DNA of 64,000 nucleotides from Candidatus Stahliibacteriota bacterium (GTDB taxonomy: Bacteria > Hydrothermota > Tepidihabitantia > SM23-42): positions 927 to 64,926 of the forward strand of contig JAUWCU010000001.1 in the NCBI GenBank assembly GCA_030609135.1, given 5' to 3'. Within the stretch, counting starts at the first letter, position 1. Each line of letters opens with the position of its first letter. Under the pieces are notes generated by a model. The model worked only from the letters and a program-made list of their open reading frames with translations. It did no database searches and was not told where the DNA came from. The translations under genes were made by a program, and so were the position numbers. Below, piece by piece: positions 1 to 9,190 of the stretch.

Positions 1-327
1 AGTCTACACCACTTCTTCTGGAACGTATCTGTGTGTCCTAGAGGAGTATGCTACATACGAGCTTTATGCAGAAAAACGGGAAGAAGAGACAGAAACACAA
101 TGGTGGTCTGATACCGCGAAGGTAACACTTAACGAACAGTACACACAGGTCGACCTTCATATGGTTGAATTGGAATAAAAATAGTTGACTTATAGATAAA
201 AAGGACACTTGAAATACTATGTTACTGGGGGTAGCATATAAACACCTGCCTCCAGTAACATCCATGTTATTTTAGAGAACTAAAGGAGCTAATTTACTTC
301 TAATGCATTACGTTGAGTTATTGTATC

Positions 328-355
328 TTGACAACACCGAGATTGTTTCTATAAT
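328..355 (+). promoter_or_regulatory. sigma70-type promoter (TTGACA 328-333, 16 nt spacer, TATAAT 350-355) followed by AGGAGG RBS at 365-370
   Basis: Consensus hexamers read directly; positioned 17 nt upstream of ATG 373. Confidence 0.5.
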
Positions 356-372
356 TCATTGTAGAAGGAGGC

Positions 373-1725
373 ATGTTGAAAAGAATTGTATTCGTTGGAA
401 TACCATTATTAATCACCTTATCATTTACCCAGGCACCTGATACATTATGGACCAAAAAATATGGAGATGTATATTCAGATGGTGGAGAATCGGTTAAGCA
501 GACTTCTGATAAGGGATATATAATAGCTGGATGGACACAACTACTCTCCTCAGGTATGACGGATGTTTGGCTTTTAAAGACTGATTCCCTTGGCGATACG
601 TTATGGACAAAAACATATGGCGGAGAGAGATGGGATTTTGGTCACGCTGTACAGGTAACAGAAGATGGCGGATATGCTATTGTAGGAAATACAGAACATA
701 ATTCAGGCTTTACAGAGGTGTATTTTATAAAAACAGATTCTTTGGGCGATACTCTTTGGACAAAGACATATGGTGGATGGGGTCAGGCTTTTGGGTATTC
801 ATTTCAACAGACTTCAGACGGTGGTTATATTATTGCAGGAAAGAGAGACACATTAGAAGTACCGCCAGAAACTTCGTATGTTTATGTAATAAAGACAGAT
901 TCACTAGGAGATATTCTCTGGCAAAAGACATATGGAGGGGCAAATTATGATTGTGGATATTCGATTCAGCAGACTTTGGATGGTGGATACATAATTCTCG
1001 CGGGTACTTGTCCTTCGACTAGCTATGATATTATTTTTCTAAAAGTAGATTCAATAGGTGATACTCTTTGGGCAAAAACATGGGATGGTGGAGGTGATGA
1101 TCGTTGTGGAACAACCCAACAGACTCTTGATGAAGGATATATTATTATTGGCTCGACAAATTCCTTCGGCGCTGGTTCTTATGATATTTGGCTAATAAAA
1201 ACTGATTCCCTTGGAGATACGCTCTGGACAAGAACATATGGGACTCCTGAATATGAACAAGGCAATTGGGTCCAACAGACTCTTGATGGAGGATATATTA
1301 TTGTAGGACATAATCGAAGGTTATCTAAGTGTAGCGTTTTTCTTGTAAAGACAGATTCAATCGGAGATACGCTCTGGACAAAAACAATCATTGGTGAAGA
1401 TGATGATTATGGACGAGCAGGTCAGCAAACAAGCGATGGTGGTTATATAATTGTCGGATACTCACAAAATACCGGAGGCTGGTATGATGTGTACCTTATA
1501 AGAATAGCACCTGATGTTGGCGTTGGAGAGGGATCAAAAACATCTATTGCAGGGAATCAATTTGGTGCCACCATCCTCAGCGGACCTTTACTCCTACCAG
1601 AGGGCAAGAACTACAAGATCTTTGACATTACCGGACGAATAGTAGTACCCAATAGGATTAAACCAGGAATTTATTTTATTGAGATTGAGGGGAAGATAAC
1701 AAGGAAAGTAGTCAAGATTAGGTAA
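373..1725 (+). CDS. Secreted repeat protein (about 8 tandem ~52 aa repeats with DSLGDTLWTKTYGG...DGGYIIxG) with T9SS C-terminal sorting domain
   Basis: N-terminal signal peptide; internal repeats visible in translation; C-terminus KIFDITGRIVVPNRIKPGIYFIEIEGKITRKVVKIR matches T9SS CTD pattern. Confidence 0.75.
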   Translation: MLKRIVFVGIPLLITLSFTQAPDTLWTKKYGDVYSDGGESVKQTSDKGYIIAGWTQLLSSGMTDVWLLKTDSLGDTLWTKTYGGERWDFGHAVQVTEDGGYAIVGNTEHNSGFTEVYFIKTDSLGDTLWTKTYGGWGQAFGYSFQQTSDGGYIIAGKRDTLEVPPETSYVYVIKTDSLGDILWQKTYGGANYDCGYSIQQTLDGGYIILAGTCPSTSYDIIFLKVDSIGDTLWAKTWDGGGDDRCGTTQQTLDEGYIIIGSTNSFGAGSYDIWLIKTDSLGDTLWTRTYGTPEYEQGNWVQQTLDGGYIIVGHNRRLSKCSVFLVKTDSIGDTLWTKTIIGEDDDYGRAGQQTSDGGYIIVGYSQNTGGWYDVYLIRIAPDVGVGEGSKTSIAGNQFGATILSGPLLLPEGKNYKIFDITGRIVVPNRIKPGIYFIEIEGKITRKVVKIR

Positions 1726-1813
1726 TCCTCACGACCTCAAATAGCACCCTCAACATTTTGCCTGTTTGTTGTTTCTGACATCCTGATGATCTAGATACTA
1801 ATTCAATTAATAA

Positions 1814-1840
1814 GGGGTCGACTTCCGCCGACCCCTTTTC
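1814..1840 (+). terminator. Rho-independent terminator (GGGGTCG-loop-CGACCCC + TTTT)
   Basis: Perfect 7 bp stem followed by T-run immediately downstream of CDS 373..1725. Confidence 0.6.
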
Positions 1841-2252
1841 TGACTTGGTCCACTTTTGCTGTGCTAAAGCACAGTTGATTTCAGCGATCAATATCAGATG
1901 ACAGTGATGAAAAAATCCGTGTTCCATGAAACGGGATCCTCGAATTACCGGTAATAAATAATAAAATAGGAAAATTCGGGATAATCAATGAAGCTTTGCT
2001 TCACGAAATCCGTTGCTCTATCCGACTGAGCTACAGGCGTTCGTTTAGTAGGCACTAGGCGCTACTTTTTTCACTGGAATCTATCATCTCGCCGATACCA
2101 AAACATCCGAAATAGTTTCTAGTTTCCAAATCTGACCCCGCATGCTTGGGCTACCACCTTTTCTATATGATGGATCTATTACTGTAGTCAACAGAGATAC
2201 TGTGAATAGATACCCTCTTTCAGGAAGATTATTTTTGATGCAAATCGATGTA

Positions 2253-2280
2253 TTGACAAACAATCCATATTGTATATGAT
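2253..2280 (+). promoter_or_regulatory. sigma70-type promoter (TTGACA-16-TATGAT) with AGGAGG RBS at 2286-2291
   Basis: Hexamers read in sequence upstream of lapA-like start 2296. Confidence 0.45.
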
Positions 2281-2295
2281 TGAACAGGAGGTTTA

Positions 2296-2592
2296 ATGCG
2301 CTTTGTTGGACTGGTTTTTGTGGTTCTGGTCATTGGTTTTATGATCGGTTTTATGGTACTCAATTCGCAGGCAAGAGTTGACCTTGATATTTTTGGCCAA
2401 AAGGTCAATGATATGTCATTGTCAGTCGTCTGTTTTTATGCTTTTATCGCTGGCATGATTTTTGTGCTCGTTTTTGCACTGGCGGATGAAATCGTTTTAA
2501 GAAGCAGTCTTCACCGTCTCCGTAAAGAGAATAAGAATTTGCGCAAGGAGCTGAATGCGCTGCGCAATTTACCGTTTGAGGAACCAGAATGA
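2296..2592 (+). CDS. lapA: LapA-like small inner membrane protein (lipopolysaccharide assembly protein A family)
   Basis: Two TM helices plus C-terminal LRKENKNLRKELNALRN coiled segment; immediately precedes and overlaps (ATGA) a LapB-like gene. Confidence 0.6.
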   Translation: MRFVGLVFVVLVIGFMIGFMVLNSQARVDLDIFGQKVNDMSLSVVCFYAFIAGMIFVLVFALADEIVLRSSLHRLRKENKNLRKELNALRNLPFEEPE

Positions 2593-3719
2593 TAGTATTG
2601 ATAATTCTTGTTGTCGCTTTGATTGCTTGTGTTCTGTTTCTTTATTTCTATCGTAAACACGAAAAAGCCACCGGTCACACACCATACATTGAAGCCCTTA
2701 TTGCCCTGCTCGAAAACAGAGAAAACCTGGCAATGAAGAAATTTAAAGAGGCGGTCAACATTGACAGCGATCTCGTTGATGCTTATGTAAGACTCGGTGA
2801 TTTGTACCGGAAAAAAGGTGATGTTGAGCGGGCGATACAGATACACCAATCGCTCACTGTTAGACCGACGTTGAACAAGCACGAAGAAAAAAAGGTGTAC
2901 ATGGCTTTGGTTAATGACATGCTTGAAGCTACCCGGTTAAACAAAGCGACTTCGTTTCTTAAAGAGATTATAAAGATCGACAAAAAAGACAAACATGCGC
3001 GTGAGCTAATCCTTAAGATCTATGAAGATATGGATAATTATGTAGATTGCATCGCACTCTATGAAGAAGGCAGTACAAAGCTAAAAGATGACCGACGGCA
3101 TGCATTTTACTATGCATCACTCGCTGGGTCCCGTTTGAAAAATATAAATGACAAGGATTCGGATGCTGAAAAGGAAGTTGTGAATCTGCTGAAGAAGGCG
3201 CTGAAGATAGTTCCTGATTCATTCGCTGCTTTATTTCAATTTGCCAGCTATTATGAGCAGAAAGGGAATTTGAAAAAAGCAAAGGAATACTATCATAGAA
3301 TTATGACTCAACATCCAAACCGCGCATTTTCTGTCGTTTCAAAATTTGAAAAGGTATATTTTGAACTTGGTCTATTTGACGAAATAATTCCAATATATGA
3401 AAAGATTTTTCAGAACAACCCAAAGAACTTTGCAGTTGGTTTTGCGCTTGCTGACGTTTATGAGAAGAAGAACGATCTTGCAGGAGCCAGGGAAGTGTAC
3501 GGCAAACTTGCTGATGTTTATCCAAATAGTGTGTTGCCAAGATTGCGGATGGTGAAAGCAAGTATCAAAGACAAAGCGTTGAAAGAAAAGATTGCAGAAA
3601 TGGAAGCAACCGTAGCTCAGGAAAAATACAAGTGTGGGAAATGCGGTTTTACCACGGATAAATTTATCTTATTATGTCCAAAATGTCACGCTATAGAATC
3701 ATTCTTGCTTTACTTATAG
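2589..3719 (+). CDS. lapB: LapB/YciM-like TPR protein with C-terminal rubredoxin-type zinc ribbon
   Basis: N-terminal TM, TPR repeats, C-terminal YKCGKCGF...LLCPKCHA Cys4 motif characteristic of LapB. Confidence 0.75.
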   Translation: MIVLIILVVALIACVLFLYFYRKHEKATGHTPYIEALIALLENRENLAMKKFKEAVNIDSDLVDAYVRLGDLYRKKGDVERAIQIHQSLTVRPTLNKHEEKKVYMALVNDMLEATRLNKATSFLKEIIKIDKKDKHARELILKIYEDMDNYVDCIALYEEGSTKLKDDRRHAFYYASLAGSRLKNINDKDSDAEKEVVNLLKKALKIVPDSFAALFQFASYYEQKGNLKKAKEYYHRIMTQHPNRAFSVVSKFEKVYFELGLFDEIIPIYEKIFQNNPKNFAVGFALADVYEKKNDLAGAREVYGKLADVYPNSVLPRLRMVKASIKDKALKEKIAEMEATVAQEKYKCGKCGFTTDKFILLCPKCHAIESFLLYL

Positions 3720-4447
3720 TTCCACTTTGTCTGTTTTCTCAAGACATTGATGAAGCTATAAAGCTATTCAATTCATCACAGTATGAACGGGCACGCGATA
3801 TCTTTGTACGGGTGGCAGAGGATGAGAATAATCCACGTATTGCTGAGGCATACTATTACTTAGGACGTTTGTCATTTATCCCGGACAGCGCGTTATTCTA
3901 TTTTAATAAGGTGAAAACCGATTACCCACAGTCACGCTATGCTGATATTTCATATTTGGAGATTGCCAAGAGCAGTATTGCGCGTAAAAAGTATCAGAAT
4001 GCGATCATCACCTTAAACGAACTTTTGCGAAAATATCCAGATACTAATTTGCAGGATGAAATAATGTTCTGGTTAGGCGTTTCCTACATGAGTAGTGATA
4101 AGGAAAAAGAAGGCATCAGTATTCTTGATAACTTAAGAAAAACATATCCAAAATCAGTGTGGAGTGAACGGGCACTGGCAATTATTCCCTCGACAGACAC
4201 CCCTGAAGTTCCCCAGGAGTATTACACGGTTCAGGTGGGATCATATCGTAATAAAAGCAATGCTGAGAAATACGCTGAAGAAATCAGAAAGAAAGACTTC
4301 AGTGTTCAGATAGTCGAAGCACTGGTTAAAGGCAACACGTATTACCGCGTCTGGGTCGGTGAATTCTCCACCATTGAACAAGCCAAGACATTTTCTCGTG
4401 AACTCGAGTCTTCGGGAATAAAAGGGAATGTCGTTAAAGGATACTAG
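3674..4447 (+). CDS. Secreted TPR protein with C-terminal SPOR (peptidoglycan-binding) domain
   Basis: Signal peptide MSKMSRYRIILALLIVPLCLFSQ; C-terminal YTVQVGSYRNKSNAEKYAEEIRKK...YRVWVGEFS SPOR-like; start overlaps lapB 3' end by 46 nt. Confidence 0.6.
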   Translation: MSKMSRYRIILALLIVPLCLFSQDIDEAIKLFNSSQYERARDIFVRVAEDENNPRIAEAYYYLGRLSFIPDSALFYFNKVKTDYPQSRYADISYLEIAKSSIARKKYQNAIITLNELLRKYPDTNLQDEIMFWLGVSYMSSDKEKEGISILDNLRKTYPKSVWSERALAIIPSTDTPEVPQEYYTVQVGSYRNKSNAEKYAEEIRKKDFSVQIVEALVKGNTYYRVWVGEFSTIEQAKTFSRELESSGIKGNVVKGY

Positions 4448-4554
4448 TAATAATGCAGTATCGCTTTGTTTCTCGAAAACTCTCGAAACAAGCTCGCAGT
4501 AGACGCAGTATCGCTTCGCTCGCAAAGAGTTTATTGAGCGAGTCCCGAAGGGAC

Positions 4555-4658
4555 GATCCTGCGAGTTCTGCCGATTGTAATGGCAGAATGATACTGCAAG
4601 ACCCGCCATGTTTTTTGGCGGGTTGATCCTGCAAGTTCTGTAGGAACGATCCTGCGTA
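4555..4658. repeat. Short direct repeats GATCCTGCRAGTTCTG (x2, plus partial third copy) and GC-rich hairpin ACCCGCCA..TGGCGGGT in the mutS 5' region
   Basis: Copies at 4555-4570, 4625-4640, partial 4648-4658; hairpin 4610-4633. Confidence 0.5.
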
Positions 4659-4665
4659 TGTAATT

Positions 4666-7110
4666 GTGCAGCTTACTCCCCTTCTTGAACAGTATCAAAG
4701 AATTAAGAACAAATACAAAGATGCTTTGCTCCTTTTTAGAGTGGGTGATTTCTATGAATTCTATTATGATGACGCAAAGCTCGCGAGTTCGTGTCTCGGC
4801 ATCACGCTTACATCAAAGACCATACAAAAAGGCATCAAAGTCCCTCTCGCTGGCGTACCGATCAAAGCAGGTGAAAGCTACATAGCTAAATTAGTCAAGC
4901 ATGGGCTGAAAGTCGCTATCTGTGAGCAGCTTGAGCCAGCTGGCAGAGGTAAGAAATTGGTCGCACGCGATGTCGTTGAAGTAATTACCCCAGGAACAAT
5001 TTTGAGAACTTCATTATTGGACGAGAAGAAGCCTTTATTCATAGCTGCTTGCCTGCCTGATGACGAACATACCGGGGTGGCGTTTTGTGATATCACCAGC
5101 GGTGAATTTTTTTGTGGTGAGGTTAGTACACAAGAGGTCGAAGAAATACTATTAAGAAAAGAGGTAAGAGAAGTTATTGTTCCTGATGGTATTGAAGTAA
5201 AGTCAGAGCTTCCCTTAACTCATCTGGATGGCTACCATTTTATTCAAGAGATCGCCCACAAAAAGTTGACCGACCATTTTAGAATTGTTGCGCTTGATGG
5301 ATTTGGTATTGAAGAGTTAAAACTCGCCATTGGCGCGGCTGGTGCTTTACTCTACTATCTTGTAGAAAACCAGAAGACAGCATTGTCACATATCAGCAAG
5401 ATCACGTTGTTTGAGGCAAAGAATGCAATGTACCTTGATTCATCGACACGTAAAAATCTCGAGATTTTTGAAAATATACAGGGTGGTGAAACAAGAAATT
5501 TACTCTGGGTGATGGACAGTTGTCTGACGCCGTTTGGCAAACGACGGCTACGCAGAGAATTACAAGAGCCTCTAATTGATACTGAGCATATTGAAGAAAG
5601 ACTCGACGGTGTTGAGGAGCTGAAAAGCAAGGAATTCCTAAGGCAGGAATTGCTGGGTATTATGAAATCTATCCGCGATGTCGAACGCATTACTGCCCGT
5701 CTTGCTTGCAAGAGAATTATGCCCCGGGAAATGGTTGCGCTCAAAGAATCTCTTGAACTCTACCCAAAAGTCAGAGAAATGATTGAGGATTGTGACAGCC
5801 GAATCATCGATAATATATGCAAAGATGTTAACACGTTCGACACCGAAGTGTCGATGATAGGTAGTACTTTGGTCGATAGTCCGCCTTCTGTCGTGGATCA
5901 AGGAGGGATTATCCGGGAAGGGTATTCAGACAAGTTGGATGAATTACGGGATATTGCTCGGGGCGGCAAAGATTGGCTTCTTGGTTTTGAACGTACTGAA
6001 AAAGAGAGGACCGGTATTTCTTCTTTGAAAGTAGCTTACAACTCTGTATTTGGATATTATATTGAAATAACCAAAGCTAACCTTAAAAGTGTACCAGACA
6101 ATTATATCAGGAAGCAGACCCTGGCTAATGCAGAGAGGTTTTACACAACTGAATTAAAGGAGTTTGAGCAGAAGATTCTCAGTGCTGAGGATAAAATTAA
6201 AGTACTTGAATACGAGTTATATGTTGCACTCAGGGAAGATATTGCCAAAAGTACCGAAACAATACTAACTGCCACCAAAGCACTTGCCATGCTCGATGTA
6301 CTTCAAGGTTTCGCTCAGAACGCTGCATTGAATAATTATTCACGACCGAAAATAAACACGAATAATAAGGTGAATATTACCGAGGGTCGACATCCAGTCG
6401 TTGAAAAAATTCTGGAAAAAGGTTCTTATATACCTAATGATGTTTTGCTTGATAGAAATTCCAACCAGATACTCATAATAACCGGTCCTAATATGGCGGG
6501 CAAATCGACGTATCTACGACAGGTTGCCTTGATAACAATAATGGCACAGGTGGGTAGTTTCGTGCCGGCAAAAGAGGCAAAGATCGGCATTGTCGACAAG
6601 ATATTTACGCGCATTGGCGCGAGTGATGACATTTCGCGGGGTGTAAGCACGTTTCTTGCGGAAATGATGGAGACCGCAAACATATTGAATAATATTTCTG
6701 AGAGTAGTCTTGTTATCCTCGATGAAGTAGGTAGAGGAACATCGACCTATGATGGGCTTTCCCTTGCCTGGGCAATAGTCGAGTATCTGCACAGCACCAA
6801 AAAACCGAGGACACTCTTTGCCACCCATTTTCATGAGCTAACCCGGGTCGAGGATTTTCTCAAAGGCGTTAGGAATTTCAATTTCCTCGTAAAAGAATGG
6901 GGAGATGAAATCATTTTTTTGCGCAAGCTCAGTGCTGGTCCAAGTGATCAATCGTACGGCATCCAGGTGGCAAGGTTGGCCGGGTTGCCGGATTCAGTAA
7001 TTCAAAGGGCAAAAAAGGTATTGAGAGATTTCCAGGAGGGTGAGGTGTTCAGCGTCAGAAGGCTAAAAAAGGCTAAGTTGACCCAACAGGATCTTTTCGT
7101 TGACAAATGA
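4666..7110 (+). CDS. mutS: DNA mismatch repair protein MutS (GTG start)
   Basis: N-terminal mismatch-binding domain FRVGDFYEFY, Walker A GPNMAGKST, HTH C-term; the upstream ATG at 4658 is followed directly by TAA. Confidence 0.95.
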   Translation: MQLTPLLEQYQRIKNKYKDALLLFRVGDFYEFYYDDAKLASSCLGITLTSKTIQKGIKVPLAGVPIKAGESYIAKLVKHGLKVAICEQLEPAGRGKKLVARDVVEVITPGTILRTSLLDEKKPLFIAACLPDDEHTGVAFCDITSGEFFCGEVSTQEVEEILLRKEVREVIVPDGIEVKSELPLTHLDGYHFIQEIAHKKLTDHFRIVALDGFGIEELKLAIGAAGALLYYLVENQKTALSHISKITLFEAKNAMYLDSSTRKNLEIFENIQGGETRNLLWVMDSCLTPFGKRRLRRELQEPLIDTEHIEERLDGVEELKSKEFLRQELLGIMKSIRDVERITARLACKRIMPREMVALKESLELYPKVREMIEDCDSRIIDNICKDVNTFDTEVSMIGSTLVDSPPSVVDQGGIIREGYSDKLDELRDIARGGKDWLLGFERTEKERTGISSLKVAYNSVFGYYIEITKANLKSVPDNYIRKQTLANAERFYTTELKEFEQKILSAEDKIKVLEYELYVALREDIAKSTETILTATKALAMLDVLQGFAQNAALNNYSRPKINTNNKVNITEGRHPVVEKILEKGSYIPNDVLLDRNSNQILIITGPNMAGKSTYLRQVALITIMAQVGSFVPAKEAKIGIVDKIFTRIGASDDISRGVSTFLAEMMETANILNNISESSLVILDEVGRGTSTYDGLSLAWAIVEYLHSTKKPRTLFATHFHELTRVEDFLKGVRNFNFLVKEWGDEIIFLRKLSAGPSDQSYGIQVARLAGLPDSVIQRAKKVLRDFQEGEVFSVRRLKKAKLTQQDLFVDK

Positions 7111-7192
7111 CAACAGGTTGACCGAGAATAAGGAGTAGGGCCTGTCTGCGTGCGAATGCACAGGCAGGCGTTTACGCCCGTAAAAATATCAG

Positions 7193-7215
7193 CCTGACGA
7201 GGAGTCAGGTTTTTG
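7193..7215 (+). terminator. Rho-independent terminator (CCTGAC-GAGGA-GTCAGG + TTTTT) after mutS
   Basis: Perfect 6 bp stem + T-run. Confidence 0.55.
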
Positions 7216-7220
7216 CTCTC

Positions 7221-7248
7221 TTGACACTTAAGTACTTTTGGGTATAAT
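7221..7248 (+). promoter_or_regulatory. Consensus sigma70 promoter TTGACA-16-TATAAT driving the repeat element copy 1 (no CDS downstream on this strand)
   Basis: Exact consensus hexamers; same promoter architecture conserved at copy 2 (25865-25892, minus strand). Confidence 0.5.
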
Positions 7249-7254
7249 AAATAA

Positions 7255-7432
7255 TAGGTAAGCTATTCTAAAAAATGATAAAAACAATGAGGCCAAATTG
7301 CCAGAAATGGTATAAAATAATGTAGTTGCCCAATTCATTGGGCTTCTTTTAGTGCAATAACTTCGTTATTGCAATGCCTGATAAATCAGGCTACTACAAT
7401 TTTAGGATAGCTAAACTGTTACCCGTTCCTAG
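7255..7432 (+). ncRNA. Candidate structured small RNA / repeat element family A, copy 1 (three hairpins: GCCCAATtCATTGGGC, GCAATAACttcGTTATTGC, GCCTGATaaATCAGGC, then AATTTT)
   Basis: About 90% identical copies at 25624-25858 (-) and 45834-46035 (-); preceded by consensus promoter; no RBS-led ORF. Confidence 0.45.
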
Positions 7433-7448
7433 TACTTAGTATTCAGTA

Positions 7449-9116
7449 TTACTCCATTTCAATCAAGCATTGCAGGATTTCCAACTCATCGGCGTCAAAC
7501 CATATCAACCTGCAATGTTGGCACTCATCTATTTCTACATGATATGCATAGCTATAAAACTTATGGATCATATCCTGCCCGCATTTTGGACAACGCCTTG
7601 GGTGAGACAGGCTGAGGAGAATATTGAAACGGGGGCGTCTCTTCTCTGCCTCAGCGCTCATCACATCGGCTAATCGCTGCACCCTCTCGTTGAAACCTTT
7701 TTCCCGCCGGACAAAAACCCTCGGCAGTTTATCTCCCTCAACGAGCAGTCCGTCGCAGAATGCACAGCGCCACAGATACAAACCCTCATAACTCTGAACA
7801 ATCAACCACTTGTGACAATCAGGACATAAACGCCTTATCTTCCATATCGGATCATTTCTTTGCTGAAAAAAGTAACTCAACGCCGGTATTTCCTCTACTT
7901 TAAATACCTCATCATGATCAAGCAGATGCAATCTGGATTCTGGTTTCAACCACTCTAATGATTGAAGTTGAAGGATAGTGTAAGGACCCTGCCATTTATC
8001 CTGGTGCTGTGCATGAAATCGGAGGGCAGGCTTTATGACTTCAACTTCAGTTTTTGGGCTCTTGCCTTCTTTCATATGGTAGACGATATCAGCTAAGTCT
8101 GCGTGGGCAAGCTGGAGGATAACCTGAAGTCTCTTTAACAAAGGTGGATGTGTCGAGAAAAGAGTGGCAAAAAAATCTTCCTGCTCATCAAACTTCTGAG
8201 GTGAAGGGTTAAATATAAAAATCGCCGCGATATATTCTCCCCCATAACCAACACCACGCCAGTGTGTTCCGATCTTGTACAAGGCGCTTGCCAGGCTAAC
8301 TGGATTACGGGTGAATCTAACTGCCGAAGCATCGGCGCGATATTCCTTTTCTCTGGAAATAAACATGTTCAATAATTGCCCGAGGATATTGGTGACAAAA
8401 AGAAGAAGCAATGCCGGGAACGATAGTAAACCAACGGTCCCAACATTTTGCTGGGCGGCACCGGCTATCGTGGGCACCGGTTGCAGCCCTTGATGGCTTA
8501 ATGCTCGATTGAAATGCGTAAGTGTCTCGCTATATACACTAAAAAGAGAACAAGTAATAGTTGTCTGCAGACAATCACCAGAAATAATGTGTGACATTTC
8601 ATGTGCGATTACTGACTGCAGTTCTTCACGAGTCAATCGGGACAACAGACCCTCAGTGATGCCGACTACGCGACGTCCGCTCATATCAGCAAGTGCAAAA
8701 GCATTCATTGCACCGGTCGGTAAAACATACCGCTCGACCGTAAGACCACCGGCTGCAGTCTCGATTTCATCGACGACATTCTGAAACATATAATGGTACT
8801 TATCACGTTTGTCCGGATATTTGGCACCCAAAAGACGCAGGACATTACTAACAACTCCTTTATTCGAATAATACCAATGAATCCCCGCTGCTACTGCAGC
8901 AACAATCAATACAGCCAAGGTATCCAGGCCAAAAAACTTGAATGAAGAACCAGCACGGTACAAAGATTGCCTAATGTCTATAAAGAACTTAACCAGGGAC
9001 CACAACACAAAAACCGGGCAAAAATATAACAGGATAAGAATGGCAAATAATACATAGATACGCCAGGTCTTCTCTTTTTCAATATCCCAGAAAGTCTTAA
9101 AATTGCGAGTCGGCAT
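7449..9116 (-). CDS. Membrane M48-family (HtpX-like) zinc metalloprotease with C-terminal multi zinc-ribbon domain
   Basis: HEMSHI (HExxH) and downstream EYRAD motif, N-terminal TM helices, four CxxC pairs at C-terminus. Confidence 0.75.
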   Translation of the reverse strand: MPTRNFKTFWDIEKEKTWRIYVLFAILILLYFCPVFVLWSLVKFFIDIRQSLYRAGSSFKFFGLDTLAVLIVAAVAAGIHWYYSNKGVVSNVLRLLGAKYPDKRDKYHYMFQNVVDEIETAAGGLTVERYVLPTGAMNAFALADMSGRRVVGITEGLLSRLTREELQSVIAHEMSHIISGDCLQTTITCSLFSVYSETLTHFNRALSHQGLQPVPTIAGAAQQNVGTVGLLSFPALLLLFVTNILGQLLNMFISREKEYRADASAVRFTRNPVSLASALYKIGTHWRGVGYGGEYIAAIFIFNPSPQKFDEQEDFFATLFSTHPPLLKRLQVILQLAHADLADIVYHMKEGKSPKTEVEVIKPALRFHAQHQDKWQGPYTILQLQSLEWLKPESRLHLLDHDEVFKVEEIPALSYFFQQRNDPIWKIRRLCPDCHKWLIVQSYEGLYLWRCAFCDGLLVEGDKLPRVFVRREKGFNERVQRLADVMSAEAEKRRPRFNILLSLSHPRRCPKCGQDMIHKFYSYAYHVEIDECQHCRLIWFDADELEILQCLIEME

Positions 9117-9190
9117 ATCTAAAAATAATCAATTCAGGATTAATGTCAACCCAGCACTTTGCTGTGCCCTGTGGTCAACAAAGTACTGGG

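Noticed and set aside
38-265. 75 aa minus-strand ORF at the window start
   Set aside because: Lies in AT-rich promoter DNA upstream of gene 373; no RBS and low-complexity composition. Likely spurious.
1990-2060. Calling a complete tRNA gene on the minus strand
   Set aside because: Only the acceptor 5' strand and D-arm are recognisable; no anticodon-stem complement, T-arm or 3' acceptor. Reported as a fragment in findings instead.
4664-4885. 73 aa ORF overlapping the mutS start in another frame
   Set aside because: Shadow ORF; the mutS frame from the GTG at 4666 is unambiguous from domain content.
5355-6834. Several 85-129 aa minus-strand ORFs inside mutS, and analogous antisense ORFs inside other large genes (for example 17189..17546, 27331..27682, 42830..43873, 45076..45588)
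   Set aside because: Antisense shadow ORFs within well-supported genes; no independent coding evidence.
7255-7432. 16-codon ORF (MIKTMRPNCQKWYKIM) inside the repeat element
   Set aside because: No Shine-Dalgarno sequence, although strong RBSs are the norm in this window. Substitutions between copies are not biased toward synonymous changes. The hairpin structure better explains the conservation.
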